From an uncultured Bacteroidales bacterium (GTDB lineage: Bacteria > Bacteroidota > Bacteroidia > Bacteroidales > UBA3824), in the NCBI GenBank assembly GCA_905234655.1, contig CAJOJG010000002.1:12089-76088 (forward strand): DNA of 64,000 bases, in the 5' to 3' direction. Position 1 is the first letter of the stretch; each line of letters opens with the position of its first letter. Positions 8,140 through 16,841 of the stretch are shown here, piece by piece. Made by a program: the position numbers and the translations under genes. The notes below the pieces were generated by a model. The model worked only from the letters and a program-made list of their open reading frames with translations. It was not told the DNA's origin and ran no database searches.

Positions 8140-10632
8140 ATGAAAAGATTCTTGATTTCCTGCCTTGCGTCGAGCGTCTTGGCGGGATGTGGTGGCGGTA
8201 ATCCTAACAACAACGCCACTAAGCAAAATGGCGCGGCGGAGCCTCAGTCCGCGCAGCCCAAACAGGCGGTGGATGTCCCGCAGCTGAAAGTTTCTGACAA
8301 GGAATTTTTTGATGGAAAGAGCAAACTTCCGAAGTCCGTGGATTTTTCCGAGCCGGTGGAGGCCATGAGTTTCCAGAGGCTCAGGTTCATGAAGGCATAC
8401 GTATATGCCACACACGGCTTTTGGCTCAAGGACTTCGACCTCAACAACTTCTTCACTAACCGCACCGAGTGGTACTACAACGCATGTTTTTCACGTCTTG
8501 AGAAGGAACATCTTGACGACAGTTATTGGGAAAAGTGGAGCGACAACTACGAGACGCTGCTCGCCAAGGAGACATTGAGCCCCGAGGAGCAGGCTTTCGT
8601 CGACAAAATCGACGAGCGTCTTGCGGCGTTGAACGGGCAGAAATACACCTATGTCGCCGGTGTGAAGCTCACAAACCCCGCGCTCTGCACAAACATCTAC
8701 CAGTTCCCGACGCTCTATGACCAGGACGGAAAACTGTGGAAAATGTTGGCGGCTAATAACATAGCCTTCCAGACCACGAACTATGAGCAGCTGTTCAATG
8801 TCTACGAGGACAACGAGTACCACTGCGTGCCGAACTTTGTGACCACCGACCTGTTCCTCCAGGCTTTCCACTCGTACTTCGAGTACGCGCTTAAGCTCTC
8901 CGAGAACAGCGTTTTCACAGACATACTTAAGGAATTGTGCAGCAAGATGATAAGTCCGTCGCTGTATTCCGACGCGGCTACCGGCAAGGACAAGGAACGC
9001 GCCGACTTCTCGCGCGCATTGTTCGCGGTTGCGTATAAACTCCTCGACCCGAGCGCAAATCCAGTCGTCCCCGAGGCGTATGCAAGTGTCGCGTCCGAGG
9101 AGTACAACAATATCATGGCGGCTGCGGACTGTCCGTCGCCGATGTTGAAGACCGAGGTCAATTTCCCATACAGCATCTTCAAGCCGCGTGGCCATTATAC
9201 CCGCAACGAGAAGTCTCAACGCTATTTCAGGGCGATGATGTGGGTGCAGCTCGCATGTTTTGACAATAGCGAGGAGGACGATGTCGCTAAGGCTGTGGCG
9301 ATTGCGTATTTCTACAACAAGGCGGGCGACATGTCGAGGTTTGAGAAGATGTACGACTTAGTCGCATACTTCATGGGCGAGCCTGACAATGTTTCGATTG
9401 TGTGGATTGCGGAACTTTTGCGTGACCGCTACGCCTCCAAGCCGCTTGCGGACGTGACCACAGGCAGCGATTTTGCCGAGATTCGCAGCGAGATTAGTAA
9501 GAAGTTCGCCACATGTAACCGCATAAAGCCCAAACAAGCAGTCACCGACCCGGACAAGATTAACTTCATGCCGCAGCGTTACGAGCCTGACAATGAGGTT
9601 ATTGCAAACATGTACGATGAAAAGCCAAATTCTGACAGGGCATACCCGTCGGGACTGGACGTGTTCGACGCATTTGGCATAAAGGCGGCGGCTAACATAA
9701 TCGACTCTACCGACAAGTCTGCGAAAAAGTGGGGCGACTTCGCCAAGACCCGCAAGGAAATGTCCAAGTTTGCCGGGTTTAAGGACTGGAACCTGACGAG
9801 CTACAACAAATGGATGCAGGTGCTTACCGCGATGCAAAACAAGCAGAAGGACTATCCAGGATTCATGCAGACCCCGGCGTGGGAGTGCAAGAACCTCAAC
9901 AGCGCGCTTGCATCGTGGGCGCAGCTCAAACACGACGCAATCTTGTACGCCGAGCAGGCATTCGGCGCGGAGTGTGGCGGTGGCGACGAATTTCCAGAGC
10001 CGATTCCTGCCGGTTTCGTCGAGCCTAACGTGAAGTTCTGGGAGACTATGCTTGAGGCTATTAACAATGTGTCCGACGGTGTCAACAAGCTCATGAAGGA
10101 CAACAAGTTTGAAAACCTGACGGTGGAGTTGAAGTCGAGCGTCGACCGTTGTCTCCAAATCTCAAAGATGGAACTCGCTCACAAGCCTATTGGCATAGAG
10201 GAGGCGTTTTTCATCAGGTCAATAGGCAGTTCGATGGAATGGTTCGCGCTGTCGTCCCTCGACCCGGAGTCCGAATATCTCGACTCGTGGTCGCAGGTCA
10301 AAGGCCCTGACCGCAGCGTGGCTGTAGTGGCTGATGTCTTCACGCGCAATATCCTTCAGTGCGAAAAGCAGGGCATATTGTACGAGGCGACCGGCGCGCC
10401 TAACACAATCTTTGTGCTTGTGGAGTATAACGGCGTTGTCTATCTGTCGTCCGGCGCGACATTCAGTTATTATGAGTTTGTACGTCCGATGGGCGACCGC
10501 CTGACCGACGAGCAGTGGCAGAAGATGCTTGAGGATAAGAAAGCACCGGCACAGCCTACATGGTTTGCGCCATTGCTTTTGGACGAGAAGATAGAGGCTT
10601 CCGAGACGTTCCAATTTTCTTCGGGATGCTAA
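8140..10632 (+). CDS. Lipoprotein with an N-terminal YARHG-like domain and a large DUF3160-like body
   Basis: Lipobox ...SSVLAGC, with RLRFMKAYVYATHGFWLKD resembling the YARHG motif. The size (830 aa) and general look match DUF3160 proteins, assigned from memory rather than from a search. Confidence 0.6.
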   Translation: MKRFLISCLASSVLAGCGGGNPNNNATKQNGAAEPQSAQPKQAVDVPQLKVSDKEFFDGKSKLPKSVDFSEPVEAMSFQRLRFMKAYVYATHGFWLKDFDLNNFFTNRTEWYYNACFSRLEKEHLDDSYWEKWSDNYETLLAKETLSPEEQAFVDKIDERLAALNGQKYTYVAGVKLTNPALCTNIYQFPTLYDQDGKLWKMLAANNIAFQTTNYEQLFNVYEDNEYHCVPNFVTTDLFLQAFHSYFEYALKLSENSVFTDILKELCSKMISPSLYSDAATGKDKERADFSRALFAVAYKLLDPSANPVVPEAYASVASEEYNNIMAAADCPSPMLKTEVNFPYSIFKPRGHYTRNEKSQRYFRAMMWVQLACFDNSEEDDVAKAVAIAYFYNKAGDMSRFEKMYDLVAYFMGEPDNVSIVWIAELLRDRYASKPLADVTTGSDFAEIRSEISKKFATCNRIKPKQAVTDPDKINFMPQRYEPDNEVIANMYDEKPNSDRAYPSGLDVFDAFGIKAAANIIDSTDKSAKKWGDFAKTRKEMSKFAGFKDWNLTSYNKWMQVLTAMQNKQKDYPGFMQTPAWECKNLNSALASWAQLKHDAILYAEQAFGAECGGGDEFPEPIPAGFVEPNVKFWETMLEAINNVSDGVNKLMKDNKFENLTVELKSSVDRCLQISKMELAHKPIGIEEAFFIRSIGSSMEWFALSSLDPESEYLDSWSQVKGPDRSVAVVADVFTRNILQCEKQGILYEATGAPNTIFVLVEYNGVVYLSSGATFSYYEFVRPMGDRLTDEQWQKMLEDKKAPAQPTWFAPLLLDEKIEASETFQFSSGC

Positions 10633-11573
10633 GGAAAGCGATATGGATTTTGCTTGTGGCGGTGGCGATGGAGTCATGCGCCGATGCCACGAGCTTTCGT
10701 AATCCACACAAATCCGCCGACGCTCTGACCGTCACATTCGCTGGCGATGTGCTCTTGGACCGTGGCGTAAGGAAAACGATACAGCGGCACAGCGTGGAAT
10801 ATCTGTTCCATGGCGTGTCGCCGTATTTTTATGATTCTGACTATACAATCGTCAACCTTGAATGTCCGATAACCGACATCGACGCTCCTCTGATGAAGAA
10901 GTATATTTTCCGTGCCGACGGCTCGTGCGCCGCTGTCCTTCGCAAGGTCGGCGTCACGCATTGCGCAATGGCTAATAACCACATCATGGATCAGGGTTTT
11001 GTAGGCATCGGCGATGCCTACAAAAACCTCGTCGACGCTGGAATCTCAACGATTGGATATGGGCTTAGTGACACTGCGCGCTCCCGACCCGCCATGCTCA
11101 AGAAAAATGGCATCGAGGTAGCCGTGTTCAACGACTGCGCAATCATGGTCGAGAATTATGTCAGCCCGGCGGAGGGTCACGGGATTTTGAATGTGCCGGT
11201 CGAGAGCCTGTTGCCAATCATAAAGGTGTACCGACAACAGCATCCGGGCGTGTGGATTGTCGCATTGTTGCATTGGGGTTCGGAGTTCCGCGAGCATCCC
11301 TCGCCAAGCCAGCGCATGGACGCTTCGCGGCTCATTGCCGCTGGCGTCGATGTCATCGTCGGCCATCATCCGCACGTCGTCCAGGACATCGACACAATCC
11401 GTGGCCGCATGGTCTACTACAGCATCGGCAATTTCGTTTTTGACCAGCGCAATCCGTCGGGGCGCAAGGCTCTCATGCCGGTCATAACCTTCCAAAAAGA
11501 CGCAATTCTCCACCATGTCCTTGACATAGACATAGTGAAGAATTGTCCAGAAGTCGTCGGTCGACGGGATTAG
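10626..11573 (+). CDS. CapA/PGA_cap-family metallophosphoesterase-like protein
   Basis: ATG at 10626 overlaps the upstream stop (10630-10632). Signal sequence [18 protein letters not shown]. The motifs [16 protein letters not shown] and HWGSEF...HHPHVVQ match the CapA family. Confidence 0.75.
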   Translation: MLRKAIWILLVAVAMESCADATSFRNPHKSADALTVTFAGDVLLDRGVRKTIQRHSVEYLFHGVSPYFYDSDYTIVNLECPITDIDAPLMKKYIFRADGSCAAVLRKVGVTHCAMANNHIMDQGFVGIGDAYKNLVDAGISTIGYGLSDTARSRPAMLKKNGIEVAVFNDCAIMVENYVSPAEGHGILNVPVESLLPIIKVYRQQHPGVWIVALLHWGSEFREHPSPSQRMDASRLIAAGVDVIVGHHPHVVQDIDTIRGRMVYYSIGNFVFDQRNPSGRKALMPVITFQKDAILHHVLDIDIVKNCPEVVGRRD

Positions 11574-13042
11574 TATGCACGTGCAAAAACTACACGCTGC
11601 GTCGAGGGCTTGCCGGTCAGCATGTCGGCGCCGTCCTCAAGCGGGTTGTCGAGCGGAATGCAGCGGATTGTGGCTTTTGTCTCCTCCTTTATGCGGGCTT
11701 CGGTCTCTGCCGTGCCGTCCCAAGGCGCATAGACGAAACCGCCTTTGTCGAGCGCGGCCTTGAACTCGTCGTATGTGTCGACCTTGTACGAGTGTTCCTC
11801 GCGGTATTTGAGGGCTTTTTGGTATATGTTAGACTGGATTTTGTCCATGAGGTCGTACACGAAGCCAGCGGCGGAGTCGATGCTGACGGTCTGCTTTTCG
11901 AGGGTGTCGCGGCGGCAGACCTCGATTGTGTTGTTCGCGAGGTCGCGTGAGCCGATGGCGAGCCTTACAGGAACGCCCTGGAGTTCGTACTGTGCAAATT
12001 TCCAGCCTGGTTTTTGTGTGTCTGCGTCGTCGAATTTCACAACCAGTCCTTTCGCTTCCAATGCTTTTATGATTGGCTCGACTTTGTCGTAGATAGCGGC
12101 GATTTCGGTTGTCTTCTTGAAGATAGGCACGATGACCACGTGGAGCGGCGCGAGTTTGGGCGGCAGGACAAGTCCGTCGTCGTCGGAATGTGTCATTATC
12201 AGCGCGCCCATGAGGCGTGTCGAAACGCCCCACGAGGTCGCCCAGACGGTTTCCTGTTTGCCTTCGCGGTTGAGGAACTTCACGTCGAAGGCCTTTGCGA
12301 AGTTCTGCCCCAAGAAGTGCGACGTGCCGGCTTGCAGAGCCTTGCCGTCTTGCATCATCGCCTCGATGCAGAATGTCTCCAATGCGCCCGCAAATCTCTC
12401 TGTGGGTGTCTTTACGCCTTTTAATACAGGGATTGCCATGACGTTTTCGGCGAAGTCGGCGTATACGTCGAGCATTTTACGAGCTTCTTCGAGGGCCTCC
12501 TCCTTAGTCGCGTGCGCTGTGTGTCCCTCTTGCCAAAGGAACTCGGCTGTGCGCAGGAAAAGCCTTGTGCGCATCTCCCAGCGGACGACGTTAGCCCATT
12601 GGTTGATGAGGATTGGCAGGTCGCGGTACGAGTGGATCCAGTTTTTGTATGTGTTCCAGATGATTGTCTCGGAAGTCGGGCGGACGATGAGTTCTTCTTC
12701 GAGCCTTGCGGACTCGTCGACGACGATGTCGTTGCCGTCAGGCGAGTTCTTGAGGCGGTAGTGTGTCACTACGGCACATTCTTTTGCGAAGCCTTTGACG
12801 TGTTCCGCCTCGCGCGAGAAGAACGATTTGGGTATGAAAATCGGGAAATATGCGTTCTTGTGGCCGGTGGCCTTGAACCTCTTGTCGAGTTCGTCGTGCA
12901 TTTTTTCCCAAATGGAGTAGCCGTATGGTTTAATCACCATGCAGCCGCGCACCGCCGAGTTTTCGGCCAGGTCCGCGTTTGTAACGAGGTCGTTGTACCA
13001 TTTTGAATAGTCCTCAGCCCTCTTGGTTATGAAATCTGCCAT
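11570..13042 (-). CDS. proS: Proline--tRNA ligase (archaeal/eukaryote-like type common in Bacteroidota)
   Basis: [20 protein letters not shown]...[15 protein letters not shown]...[16 protein letters not shown]..., ending ...RVVFARAY. The start was set at ATG 13042. Confidence 0.93.
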   Translation of the reverse strand: MADFITKRAEDYSKWYNDLVTNADLAENSAVRGCMVIKPYGYSIWEKMHDELDKRFKATGHKNAYFPIFIPKSFFSREAEHVKGFAKECAVVTHYRLKNSPDGNDIVVDESARLEEELIVRPTSETIIWNTYKNWIHSYRDLPILINQWANVVRWEMRTRLFLRTAEFLWQEGHTAHATKEEALEEARKMLDVYADFAENVMAIPVLKGVKTPTERFAGALETFCIEAMMQDGKALQAGTSHFLGQNFAKAFDVKFLNREGKQETVWATSWGVSTRLMGALIMTHSDDDGLVLPPKLAPLHVVIVPIFKKTTEIAAIYDKVEPIIKALEAKGLVVKFDDADTQKPGWKFAQYELQGVPVRLAIGSRDLANNTIEVCRRDTLEKQTVSIDSAAGFVYDLMDKIQSNIYQKALKYREEHSYKVDTYDEFKAALDKGGFVYAPWDGTAETEARIKEETKATIRCIPLDNPLEDGADMLTGKPSTQRVVFARAY

Positions 13043-13129
13043 TTTTTTATGCTGTGTTTTGTGTTGTTTTATGTAAATTCTGATTGCAAAAGTATGATTT
13101 TCATTCAAGATATGCAAACGAAATCGCCG

Positions 13130-13666
13130 TTATCTTTCTTCCTGAGCCTCCAGTTTCTTTAGGAAATCCGTCAGCTTGCCCATTGGCTTTGTGACGACGA
13201 CGCGGCCGGATTGGATGAACTCGCGGACGTCGAGGACCGACAGCTGGTCGAGGAGTTCGTCGATTTCCTGTTGTTTGCCGGTCTTTTCGATGACGATGAA
13301 GTCCGACTCCATGGACATTATGCGGGCGTTTGACGAGCGGATAATCTGTTCGATTAGTGGAAAGTTCACTTGCCGTTCTTTTGTGCCGATTTTGAACAGC
13401 GCGATTGCCTGTTCAAAAACCTCGTTCTCTCCATATAGGAATGCCTTGTAGACTTCGACCTGCTTTTCAATGTTTTTGCGAAGGTGCTCCGCCTTGTCGG
13501 CTGTGGTGTTGATGGTTATTACAAACGAGTGGAGCCCCGGGTGCATTGATGGCGAGGTGTTCAGCGACTCGATGTTCACCTTGTGGCGGGTGAAGATAAT
13601 CGAAATCCTGTTAAGCAGTCCGACGTGGTTCTCGGTGTAAATCAGCAGTGTATATTTATGTTTCAT
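13130..13666 (-). CDS. ilvN: Acetolactate synthase small (regulatory, ACT-domain) subunit, copy 1
   Basis: YTLLIYTENHVGLLNRISIIFTRHKVNIESLN..., located directly downstream of the large subunit. Confidence 0.9.
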   Translation of the reverse strand: MKHKYTLLIYTENHVGLLNRISIIFTRHKVNIESLNTSPSMHPGLHSFVITINTTADKAEHLRKNIEKQVEVYKAFLYGENEVFEQAIALFKIGTKERQVNFPLIEQIIRSSNARIMSMESDFIVIEKTGKQQEIDELLDQLSVLDVREFIQSGRVVVTKPMGKLTDFLKKLEAQEER

Positions 13667-13693
13667 TATTGATGTCCTGTTTTTTTCGTTACG

Positions 13694-15418
13694 CTATTTT
13701 TCGGTGGGGCGGAGCAGCATCTCGTCTACACCAGCACCGGCGGGGATTACGGGATAGATGTTTTCCTCCTTTTCGACAATCGCCTCGATGAAGTACGGTC
13801 CGTCGGTCGAGAACATCGTCCTTACGGCTGTGTCGAGTTCGTCCTGTGTCGTCACCTTGCATCCCGGGATGCCGTATGCGTCGGCTATCTTTACAAAATC
13901 CGGGTTCCGCCATGCCTGGTCGAAGTAGAAATGCTGGTTGTAGTACAAATCCTGTAGTTGCCTGATCATGCCCAAGTAGTTGTTGTTAAGCAGTATCATT
14001 TTCACTGGCAGGTTGTATTGCATTACCGCGCCGAGTTCTTCAATCGTCATCTGGAATCCGCCGTCGCCCATGATGCAGATGACGTCCTTGGGCTTTGGCT
14101 GCGTTTTTTGGTGGACGGCGACGCCCACAGCCGCCGGCAGCGCAAACCCCATTGTGCCAAGTCCGCCGGACGTAACGATGTGGTCTCCGGCGTGGTAGTC
14201 GAAGTAGCGCGCCGACGCCATCTGGTTTTGACCGACGTCCGTAACTGTCACTGCTCCATTGGGTCGGGTGTCCGAGACCGCCCTTACGACACGCCCCATG
14301 CGCAGTGTGCCGCTTTTGCGGTCGAGGTCGTGGGCAATTATCGTGTCAAGTTCTTCCTGCCTGTATGCCAGCATCTTGTCGAGCCATTGTTTGTGGGACG
14401 ACTGTTGGATTTTGGGCAGGATTTTTTGCAGAGCGGATTTTGCGTCCGAGTTTATGGCGACCGCGGGGGACACAATCTTGCCGATTTCCGACGGGTCGAT
14501 TTCGATGTGGATTATGCTGGCCTGGCGGGCGTATTTGTTGACATTGCCGGTGACGCGGTCCGAGAACCTCATCCCGACCGCGAGCAGCACGTCACATTCG
14601 TTGGTCATCTTGTTTGGCGCATAATTGCCGTGGAGTCCGACCATGCCGGCGTATAGCGGATTGTCGCACGGGAACGCCGACAATCCGAGCAATGTGCTTG
14701 CCACCGGTGCCTGGAGTTTTTGGGCGAGTTGGAGAACCTCGTCCTTGCTGTCGGAGAGCAGGACGCCGTGTCCGACGACGATAAGCGGTTGCCGGGCTTT
14801 GTTAAGCAGCGATGCCGCCTCGTCGATGTCTTCCGGCGTGGGTTTGAGTTTCGGGTGGTAACTCTTTATGCGTGTGCATTTTTCGTATTGGAAGTCGTCG
14901 ACGATGTCGGTCTGTGCGTTTTTAGTGATGTCTATAAGCACAGGCCCGGGCCGTCCGCTCCGTGCGATGTAGAACGCCTTTGCAATGGTTTCGGCTATTT
15001 CGTCGGCGTTTGTTATCTGGTAGTTCCATTTTGTCACCGGCATCGAGAATCCCACGACGTCCGTCTCCTGGAATGCGTCGTAGCCCAGGCTGTACACGCC
15101 GACCTGCCCGGTAATGCAAACTATCGGCACACTGTCCAACATTGCGTCGGCTATGCCGGTCAGAAGGTTCGTCGCGCCGGGGCCTGATGTCACCATGCAC
15201 ACGCCGACTTTGCCTGACACTTCGGCGTAGCCCTCGGCGGCATGCACTGCGCCCTGCTCGTGGCGAACAAGGACGTGGTTAATTTGGGACTGATGTCCGA
15301 AAAAAGCGTCATAAATTGGGAGGTTGCTGCCGCCCGGATAGCCAAAAACGGTGTCCACTCCCTCGGCAATCAAGGCAAGCGTCAACGCCTCCGCTCCTGA
15401 TATTTCATTATTTCTCAT
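13694..15418 (-). CDS. ilvB: Acetolactate synthase large subunit (biosynthetic type), copy 1
   Basis: GAEALTLALIAEGVDTVFGYPGG...HEQGAVHAAEGYA...VTSGPGATNL...GLGTMGFALPAAVG...GDGGFQM (ThDP motif). Confidence 0.93.
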   Translation of the reverse strand: MRNNEISGAEALTLALIAEGVDTVFGYPGGSNLPIYDAFFGHQSQINHVLVRHEQGAVHAAEGYAEVSGKVGVCMVTSGPGATNLLTGIADAMLDSVPIVCITGQVGVYSLGYDAFQETDVVGFSMPVTKWNYQITNADEIAETIAKAFYIARSGRPGPVLIDITKNAQTDIVDDFQYEKCTRIKSYHPKLKPTPEDIDEAASLLNKARQPLIVVGHGVLLSDSKDEVLQLAQKLQAPVASTLLGLSAFPCDNPLYAGMVGLHGNYAPNKMTNECDVLLAVGMRFSDRVTGNVNKYARQASIIHIEIDPSEIGKIVSPAVAINSDAKSALQKILPKIQQSSHKQWLDKMLAYRQEELDTIIAHDLDRKSGTLRMGRVVRAVSDTRPNGAVTVTDVGQNQMASARYFDYHAGDHIVTSGGLGTMGFALPAAVGVAVHQKTQPKPKDVICIMGDGGFQMTIEELGAVMQYNLPVKMILLNNNYLGMIRQLQDLYYNQHFYFDQAWRNPDFVKIADAYGIPGCKVTTQDELDTAVRTMFSTDGPYFIEAIVEKEENIYPVIPAGAGVDEMLLRPTEK

Positions 15419-15434
15419 TATATAAATAAAGTTT

Positions 15435-15485
15435 TGTCGCTTTGCGAGAAATGTCGCTTCACGAAAAATGTCGCTTCGCGAGAAA
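15435..15485 (-). promoter_or_regulatory. Three tandem 17-nt repeats, each a TCGC-N3-GCGA mini-palindrome, in the ilvB-1 leader
   Basis: On the + strand the copies are tgtcgctttgcgagaaa (15435), tgtcgcttcacgaaaaa (15452) and tgtcgcttcgcgagaaa (15469). On the sense strand they read GCAAAGC, GTGAAGC and GCGAAGC. They end 16 nt before the ATG at 15418. Confidence 0.7.
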
Positions 15486-15530
15486 TCTTACAAATCTATT
15501 TCAAATCAAACAAATATATATTTGATTATT

Positions 15531-15584
15531 TTCCTCTTTCCTCATTCCTCTTTCCTCTTTCCTCTTTCCTCTTTCCTAAATTCC
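15531..15584 (-). repeat. Heptamer tandem repeat (TTCCTCT)n, homopurine on the sense (-) strand, starting directly after the mltG stop codon
   Basis: About 8 units: ttcctct ttcctca ttcctct ttcctct ttcctct ttcctct ttcctaaa ttcctca. The mltG stop codon is at 15585-15587. Confidence 0.85.
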
Positions 15585-16619
15585 TCATTTTATTCCTCTC
15601 TTGTCCAACGCCTTGCGGTATTCCTTTGCGTTCTGGAGGTGCTGGGCGTATGTTTTTGCAAAACTATGCCGTCCGCTGAAGTCGGCCTTCGCGCACATGT
15701 AGAGGTAGTCGTTCTTGTCATGGTCGAGTACCGCGTCCAATGCCGTTTTTTCAGCGAATGTTATTGGCGACGGCGGCAGTCCAGTGTGCTTGTAGGTGTT
15801 ATATGGCGAGTCCACTTCGAGCATTGCGCCAGTGACGCGCCTTATCGTGAAGTCGCCGATTGCATAGACAACCGTCGGGTCGCTCTGCAAAGCCATGCCG
15901 GTACGCAGGCGGTTGAGGTATAGCCCGGCGATTGTGGGCTGTTCCTCGCGGTGGACGGACTGTTCGCATTGGACGATTGAGGCCAAGGTGCTGACTTGTA
16001 ACGGTGTCATTTTCAGTGCCTTGGCTTTTCCCATGCGGCTGTCGTTCCAAAATTCCTTATAGTTTTTGTACATTTTTTCTATGAAGCCGTCCGCCGTCGT
16101 GTTCCAGTAGATTTGGTATGTGTCGGGTATGAACATCGCCATGCAAGTCCGTGAGTCAAAGCCATATTTTGACATTCGGGCGTCGTCGGCGAGGATGTCG
16201 TTAAGCGACGCGCTGTCGATGTCTATGTAGTGCGAAACCCTTGCGCAAAATTGCGGGATTGTCCGTATGTTGTTGAAACTCAGTTTGACAGCCTCCTGCG
16301 CGCCCGAGCGGAGCATGTTGATGAGTTCGTTATTGCTCATGCCGTCCTTTATGCGGTAGCGGCCAGGCTTGACGTTCTCTGTGTAGTGTTTAAGTTCTGC
16401 CACGCGCTCGAATGCCGCCTTGTCGTCGACGGTGAAATTCTTGTAAAGCGAATCTTTCACCTGCCCAAACTCCGCGCCGTTGCGGATATAGAGATACTTG
16501 GCCCCATGAGTCGAGACATTGGGCGCATAGACCATGTTATATGCGTAATATCCTATTGCACAGCCTGCTACGACCAGCACCGCCGCGACAATGAGGATTA
16601 TTTTTGTAGTAGTTTTCAC
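15585..16619 (-). CDS. mltG: Endolytic murein transglycosylase MltG (YceG-like)
   Basis: N-terminal TM anchor KIILIVAAVLVVAGCAIGYYAY, and the C-terminal motifs ASIVQCE...LQSDPTVVY...SPYNTY... are typical of YceG/MltG. The first codon is GTG. Confidence 0.85.
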   Translation of the reverse strand: MKTTTKIILIVAAVLVVAGCAIGYYAYNMVYAPNVSTHGAKYLYIRNGAEFGQVKDSLYKNFTVDDKAAFERVAELKHYTENVKPGRYRIKDGMSNNELINMLRSGAQEAVKLSFNNIRTIPQFCARVSHYIDIDSASLNDILADDARMSKYGFDSRTCMAMFIPDTYQIYWNTTADGFIEKMYKNYKEFWNDSRMGKAKALKMTPLQVSTLASIVQCEQSVHREEQPTIAGLYLNRLRTGMALQSDPTVVYAIGDFTIRRVTGAMLEVDSPYNTYKHTGLPPSPITFAEKTALDAVLDHDKNDYLYMCAKADFSGRHSFAKTYAQHLQNAKEYRKALDKRGIK

Positions 16620-16747
16620 TTTTTCCCTAACTTTTGTTACCGCAAAGATAATCAGATTGTTTTTAGCGGCAAAAAATTTCTACACCTTTAATTGCCATTT
16701 TGCGGGTTGGTAATGGATTTTTGTAAATCAGTTCCCTGAAAAATAAA

Positions 16748-16779
16748 TTTGCAACATTCGTGGCGATTAGGTATTTTTG
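16748..16779 (+). promoter_or_regulatory. Bacteroidota-type promoter (-33 TTTG / -7 TAnnTTTG) for the large ATPase-TPR gene
   Basis: tttg at 16748-16751 and tatttttg at 16772-16779, spaced 20 nt, about 63 nt upstream of the ATG at 16842. Confidence 0.5.
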
Positions 16780-16841
16780 TATTTTTAAAGTCTGCTGGAA
16801 GGCGGGTTCTTTAAAAAAAGCACATCTATAACCAGAAAGTT

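Noticed and set aside
9358-10158. 266-aa and 242-aa - strand ORFs inside the DUF3160-like gene
   Set aside because: These are shadow ORFs opposite a long signal-peptide-bearing ORF. Their composition is Arg/Val/Leu-rich, typical of antisense translation.
15434-15923. + strand ORFs (81 and 151 aa) covering the ilvB-1 leader and the mltG 3' end
   Set aside because: Their translations are the simple repeat read as FLFPLSSFLFP... They overlap mltG antisense. The region is better explained as leader repeats plus a post-stop tandem repeat.
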